Of a stretch of 64,000 nt of DNA, positions 1 to 9,865 are shown piece by piece. Location: NCBI GenBank assembly GCA_964645605.1, contig CAZYCE010000003.1, positions 57,135 through 121,134 on the forward strand. The letters are read 5' to 3'. The translations under genes were made by a program, and so were the position numbers. The DNA comes from an uncultured Gammaproteobacteria bacterium (GTDB taxonomy: Bacteria > Patescibacteriota > Microgenomatia > UBA8517). Numbering within the stretch: the first letter of the stretch is position 1; each line of letters opens with the position of its first letter. The notes under the pieces are model-generated. The model had not been told where the DNA came from. It saw nothing but the letters and a program-made list of their open reading frames with translations, and did no database searches.

Positions 1-36
1 CCTCGCTTTACAACAGTCAATTTGAAGATTGATGGG

Positions 37-1968
37 TCATAAATTTTCGACAGGGTTTTCTTTCAGAGAATTTAGAAGTTTGGGAAGACCGATAGTTGCT
101 ACCGCAACCGTGGTGTCGCCTGCTCCGTAATAAACGAAAAGTTCTTCTTTGATAACAACCGCACCGCAGGAAAAAATCGTCCCGGGTCTGAAGCCGGAGT
201 TTTCGTAAGGGGTTTCAGGTTCAATTATCGGATAGGGTAGCTGCGCCTTTATCTTTAATAAATTTTTTGAGTCGAGAAGCAACGCTCCAAGTCTGTACTT
301 TTTATCTTCTTTTGAAAGCCCGTGGAAAATAAGAAGCCATCCGTCGGTTGTTTTAATTGGAGGAGCCGCTATACCGACCTTTTCCGAATACCAGGTACCT
401 TCAGCAGGTTCCAAAAGAATATTTCCCTGGATCCAGCGCCCGTCGGAGAAATCCAGATTTTGTTCCTCCGCGACCCAAATTTTATGGTTTGTCCGGTGAA
501 AAATGACGTACTTGCCGTTAATTTTTTCCGAAACTATACATGCATTTTTGTCATTTATCTCGGAGGGAGAAATTATGACAGGCTTTGTCCAGTTCCAGTT
601 TTTATTCAGGAAATCGGTCTTGTCAATTGTGCTTATGGCGACATGGGTTCTGCCTTCCTTGAAAGCCGTATAAAAAAGATAAAGTGTGTCTTCGATTTTA
701 CTGATTCTGGGATCTTCACAGCCGTCTTTCTCTCTTTCAATTTCGGGTTTGTAAACGGGTTCAGGGAGTCTTTCGTCTATATGAAATCCGTCCGAGGAAG
801 ATGCATATCCCAAAGTTGATATACCGGATTCTCCCTGAGCCCTATAAAGGATATGGACTCGGTCTTCAAGATAAATCGCCGCGGCATTTAGGGTATATTT
901 CGACTCCCAAGAATGATCTTTAATGGGGGCGATGATCGGATTTTCCGGAAACCGGGTAAGAGTGGCCTTTTCATTTTGACGTCCCTCACCCGATTTGGAG
1001 TTTATCAACATCTTGTTAATTAAGGTTTGTAAATCTATTGTTGCAACGGCAGATACGGTGTCGGCGGCGCCGTAATAAACATAAAGGTTTTCATCGTAGA
1101 TGACCGCGCCGGTCGGAAAAATAGTGTAGGAAACTTTTCCGAAAAGCTCATATTGTTCCCTCGGGGTAAGGAGAGGTTCCTCGGTTCTTGCAACGATTTT
1201 TTGGGGGTTATCTATGTCAAGAATTGCCGTCTCTATCCCAAATTTGATATTCGGAGTGAAATAATCGCGAGCGTAGGAGTAAACAAAAAGCCAGCCGTAT
1301 TTGGTCTTGATCGGCACGGCTCCGACCTCAACCTGATGGCCGGAGTCTCTTAACAAATCAAGCTTGTGGCTCTCAAGATCCTTGTACCATCCGTCCCAGA
1401 TTTCCTGGTTCCAAATATCTTCTATTTTGTCAAAATAGGCAATTCCGATTGTTGAAGGCAGCGGCGGTCTGTCTGTGTTTGCGGTTAAGATTACCGCATA
1501 CTTGCCGTTAATTTTTTCCGGAAGAAGGCAGGCCGCTTTGGCATTAAAAGGCGTAACCAAATGCTTTTCGTCAATTGATTTAAAGTCTTTGGTTGTAGCT
1601 ACGGCGACTTTGATATTATCGGCCTTGTATGGATAACCTCCGAGGGCAGTATAAAAAATATAGTAAGTATCTCCCATTTTTGTTATTCTTGGGTCTTCAC
1701 AGCCGTACCTTTCCCAGTCATACCCGGGGGCTATAAGCTGCTTTCTTCCCACAAAGTGTATCGGGTCGGGGGATTCCGCATAGCCGATTGTTGAAAGTTC
1801 GAGTTCCTGATCCAAATACTGCATTTTTGTGGAAATAGCCCTATAAACCATTCTGAAAACCGAAGGATCCTGCCAAACGGACGGATTAAACGAAGCTTCG
1901 CTCTCCCACTTATTGCGGGAGTCGGGAACCAATATCGGATTTTCGAATGACCTAGTTAGTTTCAGCAT
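37..1968 (-). CDS. GH130-family glycosidase/phosphorylase-like protein with two tandem beta-propeller domains
   Basis: Repeated motif blocks WESxxxFNPSV...GYAxSxDxxHF...GCEDPRI(T/S)K..DTYY(I/L)FYTA in both halves. This is typical of the GH130 (DUF377) glycosidase fold. Confidence 0.5.
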   Translation of the reverse strand: MLKLTRSFENPILVPDSRNKWESEASFNPSVWQDPSVFRMVYRAISTKMQYLDQELELSTIGYAESPDPIHFVGRKQLIAPGYDWERYGCEDPRITKMGDTYYIFYTALGGYPYKADNIKVAVATTKDFKSIDEKHLVTPFNAKAACLLPEKINGKYAVILTANTDRPPLPSTIGIAYFDKIEDIWNQEIWDGWYKDLESHKLDLLRDSGHQVEVGAVPIKTKYGWLFVYSYARDYFTPNIKFGIETAILDIDNPQKIVARTEEPLLTPREQYELFGKVSYTIFPTGAVIYDENLYVYYGAADTVSAVATIDLQTLINKMLINSKSGEGRQNEKATLTRFPENPIIAPIKDHSWESKYTLNAAAIYLEDRVHILYRAQGESGISTLGYASSSDGFHIDERLPEPVYKPEIEREKDGCEDPRISKIEDTLYLFYTAFKEGRTHVAISTIDKTDFLNKNWNWTKPVIISPSEINDKNACIVSEKINGKYVIFHRTNHKIWVAEEQNLDFSDGRWIQGNILLEPAEGTWYSEKVGIAAPPIKTTDGWLLIFHGLSKEDKKYRLGALLLDSKNLLKIKAQLPYPIIEPETPYENSGFRPGTIFSCGAVVIKEELFVYYGAGDTTVAVATIGLPKLLNSLKENPVENL

Positions 1969-3793
1969 TTAATTGGGAAACGTTCCCCATGGCAATAGGA
2001 TCCAAGTGGGGAAAGTTGTCGAATTTCAGTTCATCCAAAAACTGGTCAAGGTTTGCGGTTGCAGCGGCAACGTAGGTATCACTTCCTCCGTAATAAACAA
2101 TTAGGGTGTTATCAATTACCACGGCACCGCAAGGGTAAACGACACCCTGTTTGAATCCTCCGTTTTCATAATAAGTTTCCGGTTCCAATAAGGGATGGGA
2201 CGAGCGGTACAAAACCTTTGACGGGTCATTGATATCTAAAAGCATCGCCCCAATTTTGTAACGGCCGTTATCTTGAAATCCAACCGCTTGATAAATTGCC
2301 AACCAACCGTCTTTGGTTCTTATTGGCGGAGGACCCATTCCGATTTTATTGCTGTCCCAAAAATCCGGTCGGGGATGGATTTGGTAAGTCCCTTTAAGCC
2401 AGATGTTTTTCCCGTCGAAATCATCAAGACTGTCCACCATGTCGATTAAAATGTCGGGGTAGATTCTATGAAAAACCACATATTTTCCGTTTATTTTTTC
2501 GGGAAGAATACAGGCATTCTTATCAACTACACCGGGCGGGGAAATAACCATGGGATCGCTCCAGCCCGTCCAATTTTGCTTCTCAAAATCCCTAGTGGTG
2601 ATATAGCTCAAAGCTACTCTTGGCGGGTTTTTACCGTCGTAGGCGACGTAGGTAAGATAAAACTTATCATCAATTTTCGTAATCCTGGGGTCTTCAATTC
2701 CGCCGTAGCCTCCGCCCCCGGACTCGTACGGTGAAAACTTGAGCGCTTTTCCGTATGACGGATGCTCAAATACCGCACGCGGAATGTAGGCCGGTCCGGA
2801 ACTCCTGAAATCGATATTTAATCCGTCATGGCTCACGGCATATCCCAAAACCGAAGTGTCGTGGTCTCCGATGGCTCTATACAAAAGATGAACAGCATTG
2901 TTGTGATAAATTGCGGCTGCATTAAACACCTGTTTTGATTCCCATGTTTTGTCATCCCTGGGCGAAAGAATCGGATTTCCGATGCTTCTTACAAGCTTTG
3001 CGTGAGGAAGAGGCGACTTTGCATCGGCGTATTTTTGCAAGTTATTGTGATCTACGACAAAGATGCCCTTGCCGGGCAGTTCCCAATACGAATAAAAAGT
3101 GTCGTTAAGATCCACAATTCCAACCGGCCTGACATGCATGTTTATCCACTCTTGAGGTTGATACCAAATTGCCCGGTCTGTCTTCCAAAGGATGTTTGTA
3201 GGATCTTTCGGGTCAAGAAGAACGGACCAGACGGAGTAATGGTTGTGGTCATCATGTTTTTCGTTTAGAAAATAGATTAGATGCGGTCCGTCTTTAGCCT
3301 CCTTAACACACCCGACGGTGTAATCTTTTTGAGGAACATCCATTTCTTTGATATTCCAGTTTTTTCCGTCCTCACTGAAACCTACGGATAGTTTTTTTTC
3401 GCCAAAAAAGATAACTTGCTGACCCTTATGTGTAAAATATGGAAGCTCCACTGCCGGAGTTGTGATGGGGAAAAGCCGCCCCTTGTTTTGCCACGAAGAA
3501 AAATCAAGCGATGTAGCATGATTTAAATAAGCTTTTCCTTCAAAGCTTGACAGATAAAATAAATTGTAAATATCTTGGGTTTTGGTAAACCTAAAAGAGG
3601 AAACATTCTCTATCTCTTCCCGTTTCCCGTCAGATTCAATAAAGGCTCCGCTTGCCAGCCGTACAAAAGTTTTTCCGTCTTTGCTGTAATCTATGTTAAA
3701 TTCATCGGATTTACTGCCTTCTGATTGATAGCACACAAAGATTTTCTCATCCAACGCAAAAACTCCCAATATTTTTAAATGGGCAGAACGCAT
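1952..3793 (-). CDS. GH130-like glycosidase paralogue (C-terminal GH130 domain, N-terminal unassigned propeller-like domain)
   Basis: The C-terminal half carries GNPILSPRDDKTWESKQVFNAAAI...GGIEDPRITKIDDKFYLTYVAYDG, parallel to the upstream gene. It overlaps the neighbouring gene's start by 17 nt. Confidence 0.45.
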   Translation of the reverse strand: MRSAHLKILGVFALDEKIFVCYQSEGSKSDEFNIDYSKDGKTFVRLASGAFIESDGKREEIENVSSFRFTKTQDIYNLFYLSSFEGKAYLNHATSLDFSSWQNKGRLFPITTPAVELPYFTHKGQQVIFFGEKKLSVGFSEDGKNWNIKEMDVPQKDYTVGCVKEAKDGPHLIYFLNEKHDDHNHYSVWSVLLDPKDPTNILWKTDRAIWYQPQEWINMHVRPVGIVDLNDTFYSYWELPGKGIFVVDHNNLQKYADAKSPLPHAKLVRSIGNPILSPRDDKTWESKQVFNAAAIYHNNAVHLLYRAIGDHDTSVLGYAVSHDGLNIDFRSSGPAYIPRAVFEHPSYGKALKFSPYESGGGGYGGIEDPRITKIDDKFYLTYVAYDGKNPPRVALSYITTRDFEKQNWTGWSDPMVISPPGVVDKNACILPEKINGKYVVFHRIYPDILIDMVDSLDDFDGKNIWLKGTYQIHPRPDFWDSNKIGMGPPPIRTKDGWLAIYQAVGFQDNGRYKIGAMLLDINDPSKVLYRSSHPLLEPETYYENGGFKQGVVYPCGAVVIDNTLIVYYGGSDTYVAAATANLDQFLDELKFDNFPHLDPIAMGNVSQLNAETN

Positions 3794-3962
3794 ACTACTT
3801 TATAATAAGTCCACAAGCCCTACTTAATCAAGCTTAATTAAGCTTGACAGTTTTGACGTTTGATTTTTCAGGTTCAAATTAGCGCAATTGCCTAAAAAAA
3901 AGAGTTTATTTATCTTCAAAATTTATTTTAGGTAAATTAGAAATGCACTGTATAATGTTCTT

Positions 3963-4787
3963 GTGCCTCATGCAAAAGTAAAGACCGTCGGTTTAGCTCT
4001 CGGGAGCGGTGGTTGGCGCGGGCTTGCGCACCTAGGCGTTATTAAGGAATTGGAAAAAGAAGGGATTCCGATAGATTATATTGCCGGGAGCAGTGCCGGG
4101 GCTCTCATCGGAGGGCTTTACAGTTTTTTCGGGGAAACCCGCGAAATTGAGGAGATAAATCAAAAGCTCAACTATCGTTCACTCTACGGTATGCTTTTAG
4201 ATCCGGTACGTGGCCCGGGGCTTATCGGAGGCAGAAAATACCTTGATTTTTTGGAAAAACGCGTGGGGGATGCCAGAATTGAGGACCTTAAGATAAAATT
4301 CACCGCTGTTTGTTCCGATCTTTTGGAAGGAGATACTATCGGAATTGCCAGCGGAAAACTAAGTACCGCAATCAGGGCAAGTTCTTCAATTCCCATTGTT
4401 TTTAAACCGGCAGTTATTAATGGCCGTCTTCTTGTTGACGGCGGAAATACCATGCCTGTGCCCGTAAGGATCGTAAAGGAAATGGGAGCGGATATCGTTA
4501 TCGCGGTGAATGTTTACAATAATATTTTTCCGTTCAAAAATGAATACATTAAAGGTGAAAAACTTAACTATATGGATATAACCAAAATTTCCTACCAGAT
4601 GATGCTTTCAGAGCTGGCCCGCGAAAATGTAAAAGAGGCGGATTTTGTAATCAACCCAAAAATTGTGGAGGGAAACTTCAGCTTATTCAAAAAGTTTGTT
4701 AATAATCCCGAAGCGATTGAGAGCGGGGCAAAGTCCGCAAGGGATATCATTCCTCTCCTGAAAAAAAGAATTTATGAGCCTTTATAA
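3963..4787 (+). CDS. patatin-like phospholipase
   Basis: GLALGSGGWRG oxyanion/Gly-rich motif, GSSAG nucleophile elbow (GxSxG), and DGG downstream. Confidence 0.75.
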   Translation: MPHAKVKTVGLALGSGGWRGLAHLGVIKELEKEGIPIDYIAGSSAGALIGGLYSFFGETREIEEINQKLNYRSLYGMLLDPVRGPGLIGGRKYLDFLEKRVGDARIEDLKIKFTAVCSDLLEGDTIGIASGKLSTAIRASSSIPIVFKPAVINGRLLVDGGNTMPVPVRIVKEMGADIVIAVNVYNNIFPFKNEYIKGEKLNYMDITKISYQMMLSELARENVKEADFVINPKIVEGNFSLFKKFVNNPEAIESGAKSARDIIPLLKKRIYEPL

Positions 4788-5462
4788 ATCGGTTGAGTTT
4801 TCGGTAATGTCGCTGTAAAAATTGGTTTTTTCGAACAGTCCGTCCATGTCAAAAATTATAAATTTCCTTGTAATCTGCTTTAGAATTTTTTCTTTTGCGA
4901 GTTTTTCTATTGCGACGCTTGCCGTTTCCCTTGAAATTCCTGCGAGATTGGCAATATCCTGATGCGTCAATTGTAGCTTAATAATAGTGCCGTCCTTAGT
5001 CTTTTCTCCGAATCTTTTTGCCGCAATGAGAAGGGCTGATGCCACTCTGGTGTCGGCATTGCCGACAAGGAGATGATTATAGTTGGTCAAAAGTCCGTCT
5101 ACACCCGAAAGAATCCTTTTAATAAGATCCAATGTCACCTCAGAATTTTCACTCAAAAAATTTTCGATATCATTCCTTGGAACTTTATAAAGGGCGGCAT
5201 TTGTCATGGTTTCAAAGGCATAATTGTTGGTAACTTGTCCGAGCGCCCAAAACATCGGGAAAAAAGAACCCTGTTTGAAAATATTCAGGGTAAGCTCATT
5301 GCCGTTAGCCAAAATAGTGTTCATTTTTACGTATCCTTCTTTTAGATAAAAAACGCCGCCCGGTTCATCTCCCAGAGAAACTAGAGTTGTCCCTTTTTTG
5401 TAGGAAAGAAGCTTCGATTTTGCAAAATGCTCGTCCAGCGTTTCGATTATTTTATCGTTCAT
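4782..5462 (-). CDS. Crp/Fnr-family transcriptional regulator
   Basis: N-terminal cNMP-binding beta-roll (GDEPGGVFYLKEGYVKM...) plus a C-terminal HTH (QDIANLAGISRETASVAIEKL). Confidence 0.7.
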   Translation of the reverse strand: MNDKIIETLDEHFAKSKLLSYKKGTTLVSLGDEPGGVFYLKEGYVKMNTILANGNELTLNIFKQGSFFPMFWALGQVTNNYAFETMTNAALYKVPRNDIENFLSENSEVTLDLIKRILSGVDGLLTNYNHLLVGNADTRVASALLIAAKRFGEKTKDGTIIKLQLTHQDIANLAGISRETASVAIEKLAKEKILKQITRKFIIFDMDGLFEKTNFYSDITENSTDL

Positions 5463-5722
5463 GCCTACCGTAATAAATATTACAAAAAGATTGTAACACA
5501 GCTTACAGAATATTAACTCAATTATTATTATGATCTTCTCATGACAATAAACATTAAGAAGTACATGGAGGAGGGTATCTCGGAAGTGTTTGGTTTTATG
5601 GACGATTTTTACAAGCTGTTCACGATGAGGGTAAGTTAATTAAAGCTATGACATTCCAAAGCGGATTACCGCCCTGAGTAGTTTAAACCGAAATTTGAGC
5701 TTAATATCCTTTTATAAGGGAG

Positions 5723-5756
5723 AGGCGGCAGCTAAAACTGCCGCCTCTTTTTATTT
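5723..5756 (+). terminator. rho-independent terminator hairpin (gaggcggcag-ctaaaa-ctgccgcctc followed by TTTTTATTT)
   Basis: Perfect 10-bp GC-rich stem followed by a T-tract, about 80 nt downstream of a 32-codon small ORF (5541..5639). Confidence 0.5.
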
Positions 5757-6040
5757 GTTTTAATCGACAAATGTCAGGTTAACGCCTTTTTTATCGGCCG
5801 GGGGACTCTCGAGCCGGCAATACTTATGACGAGATTTGGGATTCACACTCTCGGAATGAGTTTCCCTTAGGTCTATCAAATATAATGAGGTTATCGAGCT
5901 TCCGCGGGATATATTGTGAAGAAAAAAATCAAAATCGGCAGCAAGATAAAAACTGTTTTGTAATTTCCCTCTTCATAGTTGAAAGAAAAACGCCCTTTAG
6001 CCCGTATAACAAGTAGATAGATGAAAGGGGGTGAAAAAAT

Positions 6041-6412
6041 ATGAACAAAACAATTTTAACTTTAGCAGGTATCGCACTCGGGGTAGGAGCATTATTTGCT
6101 ATCTCTTCAAGCGCGCTTGCCTATAGAGGAGATCCAAATGTTACGGGTCCTAACTACACAGCCGAAAGGCATGAGGCTATGACAAGTGCATTTGAAAATA
6201 AAGACTACAGTGCCTGGAAGGCTCAGGTGCAGGGTAGGGGTAGAGTTGCCCAAGTAGTCAATGAGAGCAATTTTGGCAAGTTTGCCGAAATGCATCAGTT
6301 GATGCTTGACGGGAAAACCGCAGAGGCAAATGCAATTAGAACCGAACTTGGATTGGGACTACAAAACGGTTCCGGCCAAGGTATGGGTTACGGCAGAAAC
6401 GTTAACCGTTAA
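6041..6412 (+). CDS. small secreted protein (signal peptide), unknown function
   Basis: N-terminal MNKTILTLAGIALGVGALFAISSSALA signal-like segment, with a strong GGGGTG RBS upstream. Confidence 0.45.
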   Translation: MNKTILTLAGIALGVGALFAISSSALAYRGDPNVTGPNYTAERHEAMTSAFENKDYSAWKAQVQGRGRVAQVVNESNFGKFAEMHQLMLDGKTAEANAIRTELGLGLQNGSGQGMGYGRNVNR

Positions 6413-6511
6413 AGCCGTATAGCAATTACCGGGACCTCACCTAATAAGTGGGGTTTTGGTAATGGAATGAAGAAAAAAACATGAACGGAATTTATACTAA
6501 AATAGAAAATA

Positions 6512-7057
6512 ATGAAAGACTTACTGAAATTATCGGACGAAAGGATAGTTGAACTGATCCGAAAGAAAGACAAGGAACTCTTTGTTCACATAATAAAGCG
6601 TTATCAGGATAAGCTTATGAGATATGCAAATTATTTGCTGGGGGATGAGCACAAAGCTGCCGATGTCGTTCAGGAGTCATTTATAAAAACCTATATAAAC
6701 TTAAACGGTTTTGATACCAAAAAAAAGTTCAGCAGTTATATATATAGAATTGTCCATAATGAAGCCATAAACTTAATCCATAAGGAAAAAAAACAGGTTT
6801 CGTTATATGAGGGAATTGATTTTGAAAGCGGGATAGACATTGAAGATGAGTTTATTAAAAAGGAGTTGACGGACCGGACCCATAACTGTCTGGGGAAAAT
6901 GCCGGTTATTTACGGAGAGCCTTTATCTCTTTACTTTATGGAGGAAAAATCCTATGAAGAAATAAGTGATATTTTAAGAATTCCGATGGGGACGGTGGCA
7001 ACAAGAATCAATCGTGCAAAAGTTATAATGAAAAAAATATGTCAAAAAATAAAATAA
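6512..7057 (+). CDS. ECF-type RNA polymerase sigma-70 factor
   Basis: Region 2 (YIYRIVHNEAINLIHKEKK) and region 4 HTH (SYEEISDILRIPMGTVATRINRAKVIMKK). Confidence 0.8.
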   Translation: MKDLLKLSDERIVELIRKKDKELFVHIIKRYQDKLMRYANYLLGDEHKAADVVQESFIKTYINLNGFDTKKKFSSYIYRIVHNEAINLIHKEKKQVSLYEGIDFESGIDIEDEFIKKELTDRTHNCLGKMPVIYGEPLSLYFMEEKSYEEISDILRIPMGTVATRINRAKVIMKKICQKIK

Positions 7058-7533
7058 ATTTTGAAAAAGAAGTCATGTCGCGCGTTGCCTCGGGCAAGAT
7101 CGTTATGAAGCCGAAGTGGTATTTTGCTTTAGGCTCGGTTCTTTTACTTTCCGGGACAATTACAGCCTCGGTTGCTGCGGCCTTTCTTGTGAACTTAACC
7201 ATATTTCTTATTAAAAAGCAGGGTCGGGGCTATGGAAAACTTACGATGATGTTTGAAAGTTTTCCTTTCTGGGTCCCCGTTTTGGCAATTTTAGGGATCG
7301 GGGTAGGAATTCTGCTTCTTAGGAAATATGATTTTTCTTACAGGAAAAATTTCTTAGTAGTGATCATCGGGTTTATCGCCTCGGTAGTTATCGCGGGATT
7401 TGTAATTGATTCATTAGGCCTAAACAATACTTGGTCCAAAGGAGGCTTAATGAAGGGTTTTTACCAGGGGATTGAAAACCGGGGCAAAGGCTCCTTACAA
7501 AACGGCCGTGGAGGCAGGTACAATAGAAATTGA
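7039..7533 (+). CDS. membrane protein, candidate anti-sigma factor
   Basis: Overlaps the sigma gene's stop. Multiple hydrophobic TM segments. Function is assigned by position only. Confidence 0.35.
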   Translation: MSKNKINFEKEVMSRVASGKIVMKPKWYFALGSVLLLSGTITASVAAAFLVNLTIFLIKKQGRGYGKLTMMFESFPFWVPVLAILGIGVGILLLRKYDFSYRKNFLVVIIGFIASVVIAGFVIDSLGLNNTWSKGGLMKGFYQGIENRGKGSLQNGRGGRYNRN

Positions 7534-7575
7534 CAGTTATTAATTAGTAATGAATATAAAGGGGGTGAGTACAAG

Positions 7576-8256
7576 ATGAAGAAATTATTATATGTAATCC
7601 CGGTCTTGGCGGTCTTCGGATTGGCTTCTACTGTATATGCTGAAAGTAACGATGTAGGAGCTCAAACGGGACAGGGGACCCAGCAGCAGCTACATACAGC
7701 GTCTCCTTCTCCGACCGGTGTTCAAAATAAAAATCAGGTTAAAACTCAAAATGAGGCAGAGGACTCACAGCTCATGTTGAATACGGAGGAAAAAGAAAAT
7801 CTCGGGGACGAACAGCAAGTCGGCTCGCAAGGCGGCGGCTTAAACACCGAGCATATGAGCGAAGTTGCCAAGCAGGTTCAGGCTCTTCTGCAGGTAAGAA
7901 CAACTGGCGGAATTGGCCAGCAGGTCAGAGAAATCGCTCAAGCGCAAAATCAAGCCCAAATCCAGATTCAGGCACAGTTGGACAAACTCGAATCAAAAGG
8001 AAAATTGGCAAGATTTTTGACGGGTACAAATTTCGAGGCTGTCAAAGGCCTCCAACAGCAAATTGATGCGAATCAGCTAAGAATTCAAGAGCTGACTAAG
8101 CTTGCAACACAGCTTACTAATCAAAGCGATATCGCTTCCGTTCAGGCAACGATACAGGCTTTGATTCAGGAAAATGTGTCTTTACAGGATAGAATTGCGG
8201 CGGAAGTTCAAACCAGAAGTCTATTCGGCTGGTTATTTAGATTGTTTGTCCAATAA
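7576..8256 (+). CDS. secreted Gln-rich coiled-coil protein
   Basis: Signal peptide MKKLLYVIPVLAVFGLASTVYA followed by Q-rich heptad-like repeats. Confidence 0.4.
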   Translation: MKKLLYVIPVLAVFGLASTVYAESNDVGAQTGQGTQQQLHTASPSPTGVQNKNQVKTQNEAEDSQLMLNTEEKENLGDEQQVGSQGGGLNTEHMSEVAKQVQALLQVRTTGGIGQQVREIAQAQNQAQIQIQAQLDKLESKGKLARFLTGTNFEAVKGLQQQIDANQLRIQELTKLATQLTNQSDIASVQATIQALIQENVSLQDRIAAEVQTRSLFGWLFRLFVQ

Positions 8257-8283
8257 ATTGACGATGGTTCAATGTGGGCATTG

Positions 8284-8300
8284 ACACCCCAGGGGGGTGT
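8284..8300. promoter_or_regulatory. GC-rich palindrome acacccc-agg-ggggtgt, candidate CsoR-family operator
   Basis: Perfect 7-bp inverted repeat about 17 nt upstream of the CsoR-like gene start. CsoR/RcnR-family operators are G/C-tract palindromes. Confidence 0.45.
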
Positions 8301-8316
8301 GTGTTAATGTTTCTTC

Positions 8317-8556
8317 ATGAAGACAATCACGGCGCGGCTCAACAATATAACCGGTCAGATTGAAGGGGTCAAAAAGATGGTGGATAAAAATTCCGACTGC
8401 CTTCAGGTTCTTACTCAGTTAAAAGCAGTTAAATCAGCCGTCGGAAGCGTGATGGACACGGTCATTGAAGAACAGTTTAATACCTGCATGAAATCCATGA
8501 AGAAAGAGGATAAAGAAATGTTTATTAATATAAAAAGCTATGTCAAAACCAATTGA
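8317..8556 (+). CDS. CsoR/RcnR/FrmR-family (DUF156) sensing repressor, 2-Cys (CstR-like) variant
   Basis: Family signature RLNNITGQIEGVKKMVDKNSDCLQVLTQLKAVKSA. Cys28 and Cys57 are present. The position where CsoR has His is Gln53. Confidence 0.7.
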   Translation: MKTITARLNNITGQIEGVKKMVDKNSDCLQVLTQLKAVKSAVGSVMDTVIEEQFNTCMKSMKKEDKEMFINIKSYVKTN

Positions 8557-8884
8557 TCTAACACCCGAAAATTTTGAAAAAGAGGTAATAAAATCAAATA
8601 TTCCTACACTTGTTGACTTCTGGGCTCCCTGGTGCGGACCTTGTCGCATGATGGCACCCGTTCTCGAAGATATGGCCGAAAAATTTGACGGTAAATTTAA
8701 GATTGCAAAATTAAACACCGAAGAACCTCAAAACCAAAGTTTAGCGGCAATATTTCAAATCCAAAGTATTCCGAATATGAAAGTCTTTAAGGACGGTAAA
8801 ATCGTTCATGAATTTATAGGTTTCAGACCGAAGGAAGTTTTTGAGAAAGAAATCTCCGAACTCACTGAGAAGTTTGGTTTATAA
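8540..8884 (+). CDS. trxA: thioredoxin
   Basis: WAPWCGPC active site. Overlaps the upstream repressor gene by 17 nt. Confidence 0.85.
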   Translation: MSKPIDLTPENFEKEVIKSNIPTLVDFWAPWCGPCRMMAPVLEDMAEKFDGKFKIAKLNTEEPQNQSLAAIFQIQSIPNMKVFKDGKIVHEFIGFRPKEVFEKEISELTEKFGL

Positions 8885-8945
8885 ACTTTTGGGAATCACC
8901 GCGAAAAAAAAGATTAACCCTCCGGTTCGCTCCGCTTTTCTGAAA

Positions 8946-9773
8946 TTATTTTATCTTAAGGCGTTTTGGTAAGTAGTTTTGCTTTGAAACAATTTTTCTA
9001 CCGGTTTCTTTTTCTAACTTCTTCCTCGCATCACCCGCAATATTTCCACCACGTCTCGAAACCAATTTATTTTTCTCAAATCCAATCGGATGTTCGACCT
9101 TTGTAATTTCGGTGGTAGATGCCTCTCCAAGGGCGGAAAACAAAAGTTCTAAATCGTTCATGTGATCTCTTAGATTTTGTCTTTTTATTCCTTTATATTT
9201 TTTATACTCCGTCGGTGTTATACCAAATGTTGCCTTGGAAATTTCAGCAGTTAAAATTTGATATTCCTTGGGCAGTTCCACGCCGTGTTTTTGCCATTGG
9301 TCTGTTAATGTTTCACGAATCTCAATACCGCGCATGCGCATCTCAATCCATCTGTCCGGATAGCCTTTAGCTTTATAAATTGCACGCGCACGCTTTTGTG
9401 CAAGTTCCGGATCTTCAATTTCCTGGATTCTCTCATAACCTACTTTTGCCAACCAGCGCTTAAACGGTTCGGCTTTTGGAGATGGAATTGACTCAATTAA
9501 GCGGAAAAGTGTCTCTGTGTTTACACAGTCAGTTAAATACATTTTTCCATCCTTTGATTTTAATTTCAGTTGTCCGATTTTATCGGACAACTCAACATAA
9601 CCCTCAGTTTTGATTTTTTTCTTGAGGTCGCTCCAATACTTGCGGGGTCTATCCGAACCAGTCAACGTTTCTATAACATCAATAACCGAGAACCACCACT
9701 CATTTTTATGAATTAATTTTCTAATTTCTTTTTGCCTAAAAATAGCAATTTTTGTCTCTGAAGAACTATTCAT
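8946..9773 (-). CDS. DinD-like (DNA-damage-inducible protein D) Bro-N domain protein
   Basis: N-terminal Bro-N-like WFSVIDVIETLTGSDRPRKYW. The C-terminal block QWQKHGVELPKEYQILTAEISKATFGITPTEYKKYKGIKRQNLRDHMNDLELLFSALGE closely parallels E. coli DinD. Confidence 0.65.
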   Translation of the reverse strand: MNSSSETKIAIFRQKEIRKLIHKNEWWFSVIDVIETLTGSDRPRKYWSDLKKKIKTEGYVELSDKIGQLKLKSKDGKMYLTDCVNTETLFRLIESIPSPKAEPFKRWLAKVGYERIQEIEDPELAQKRARAIYKAKGYPDRWIEMRMRGIEIRETLTDQWQKHGVELPKEYQILTAEISKATFGITPTEYKKYKGIKRQNLRDHMNDLELLFSALGEASTTEITKVEHPIGFEKNKLVSRRGGNIAGDARKKLEKETGRKIVSKQNYLPKRLKIK

Positions 9774-9865
9774 AATTCAATTTAAACCGAATATTTACCG
9801 AAGTCAATAACTAACTAAGTTAAAAAACTTGATGCAAGCTCCCCCTGCAGTTAAACTAGGGCTAC

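Noticed and set aside
322-819. Antisense ORFs inside long genes (e.g. 322..819, 2468..2734, 3002..3268, 4184..4453, 15800..16087, 16295..16558, 31195..31428, 55170..55744, 61998..62788)
   Set aside because: Each is fully embedded antisense or out of frame within a strongly supported, motif-bearing CDS. None has a recognisable domain. These are typical spurious ORFs.
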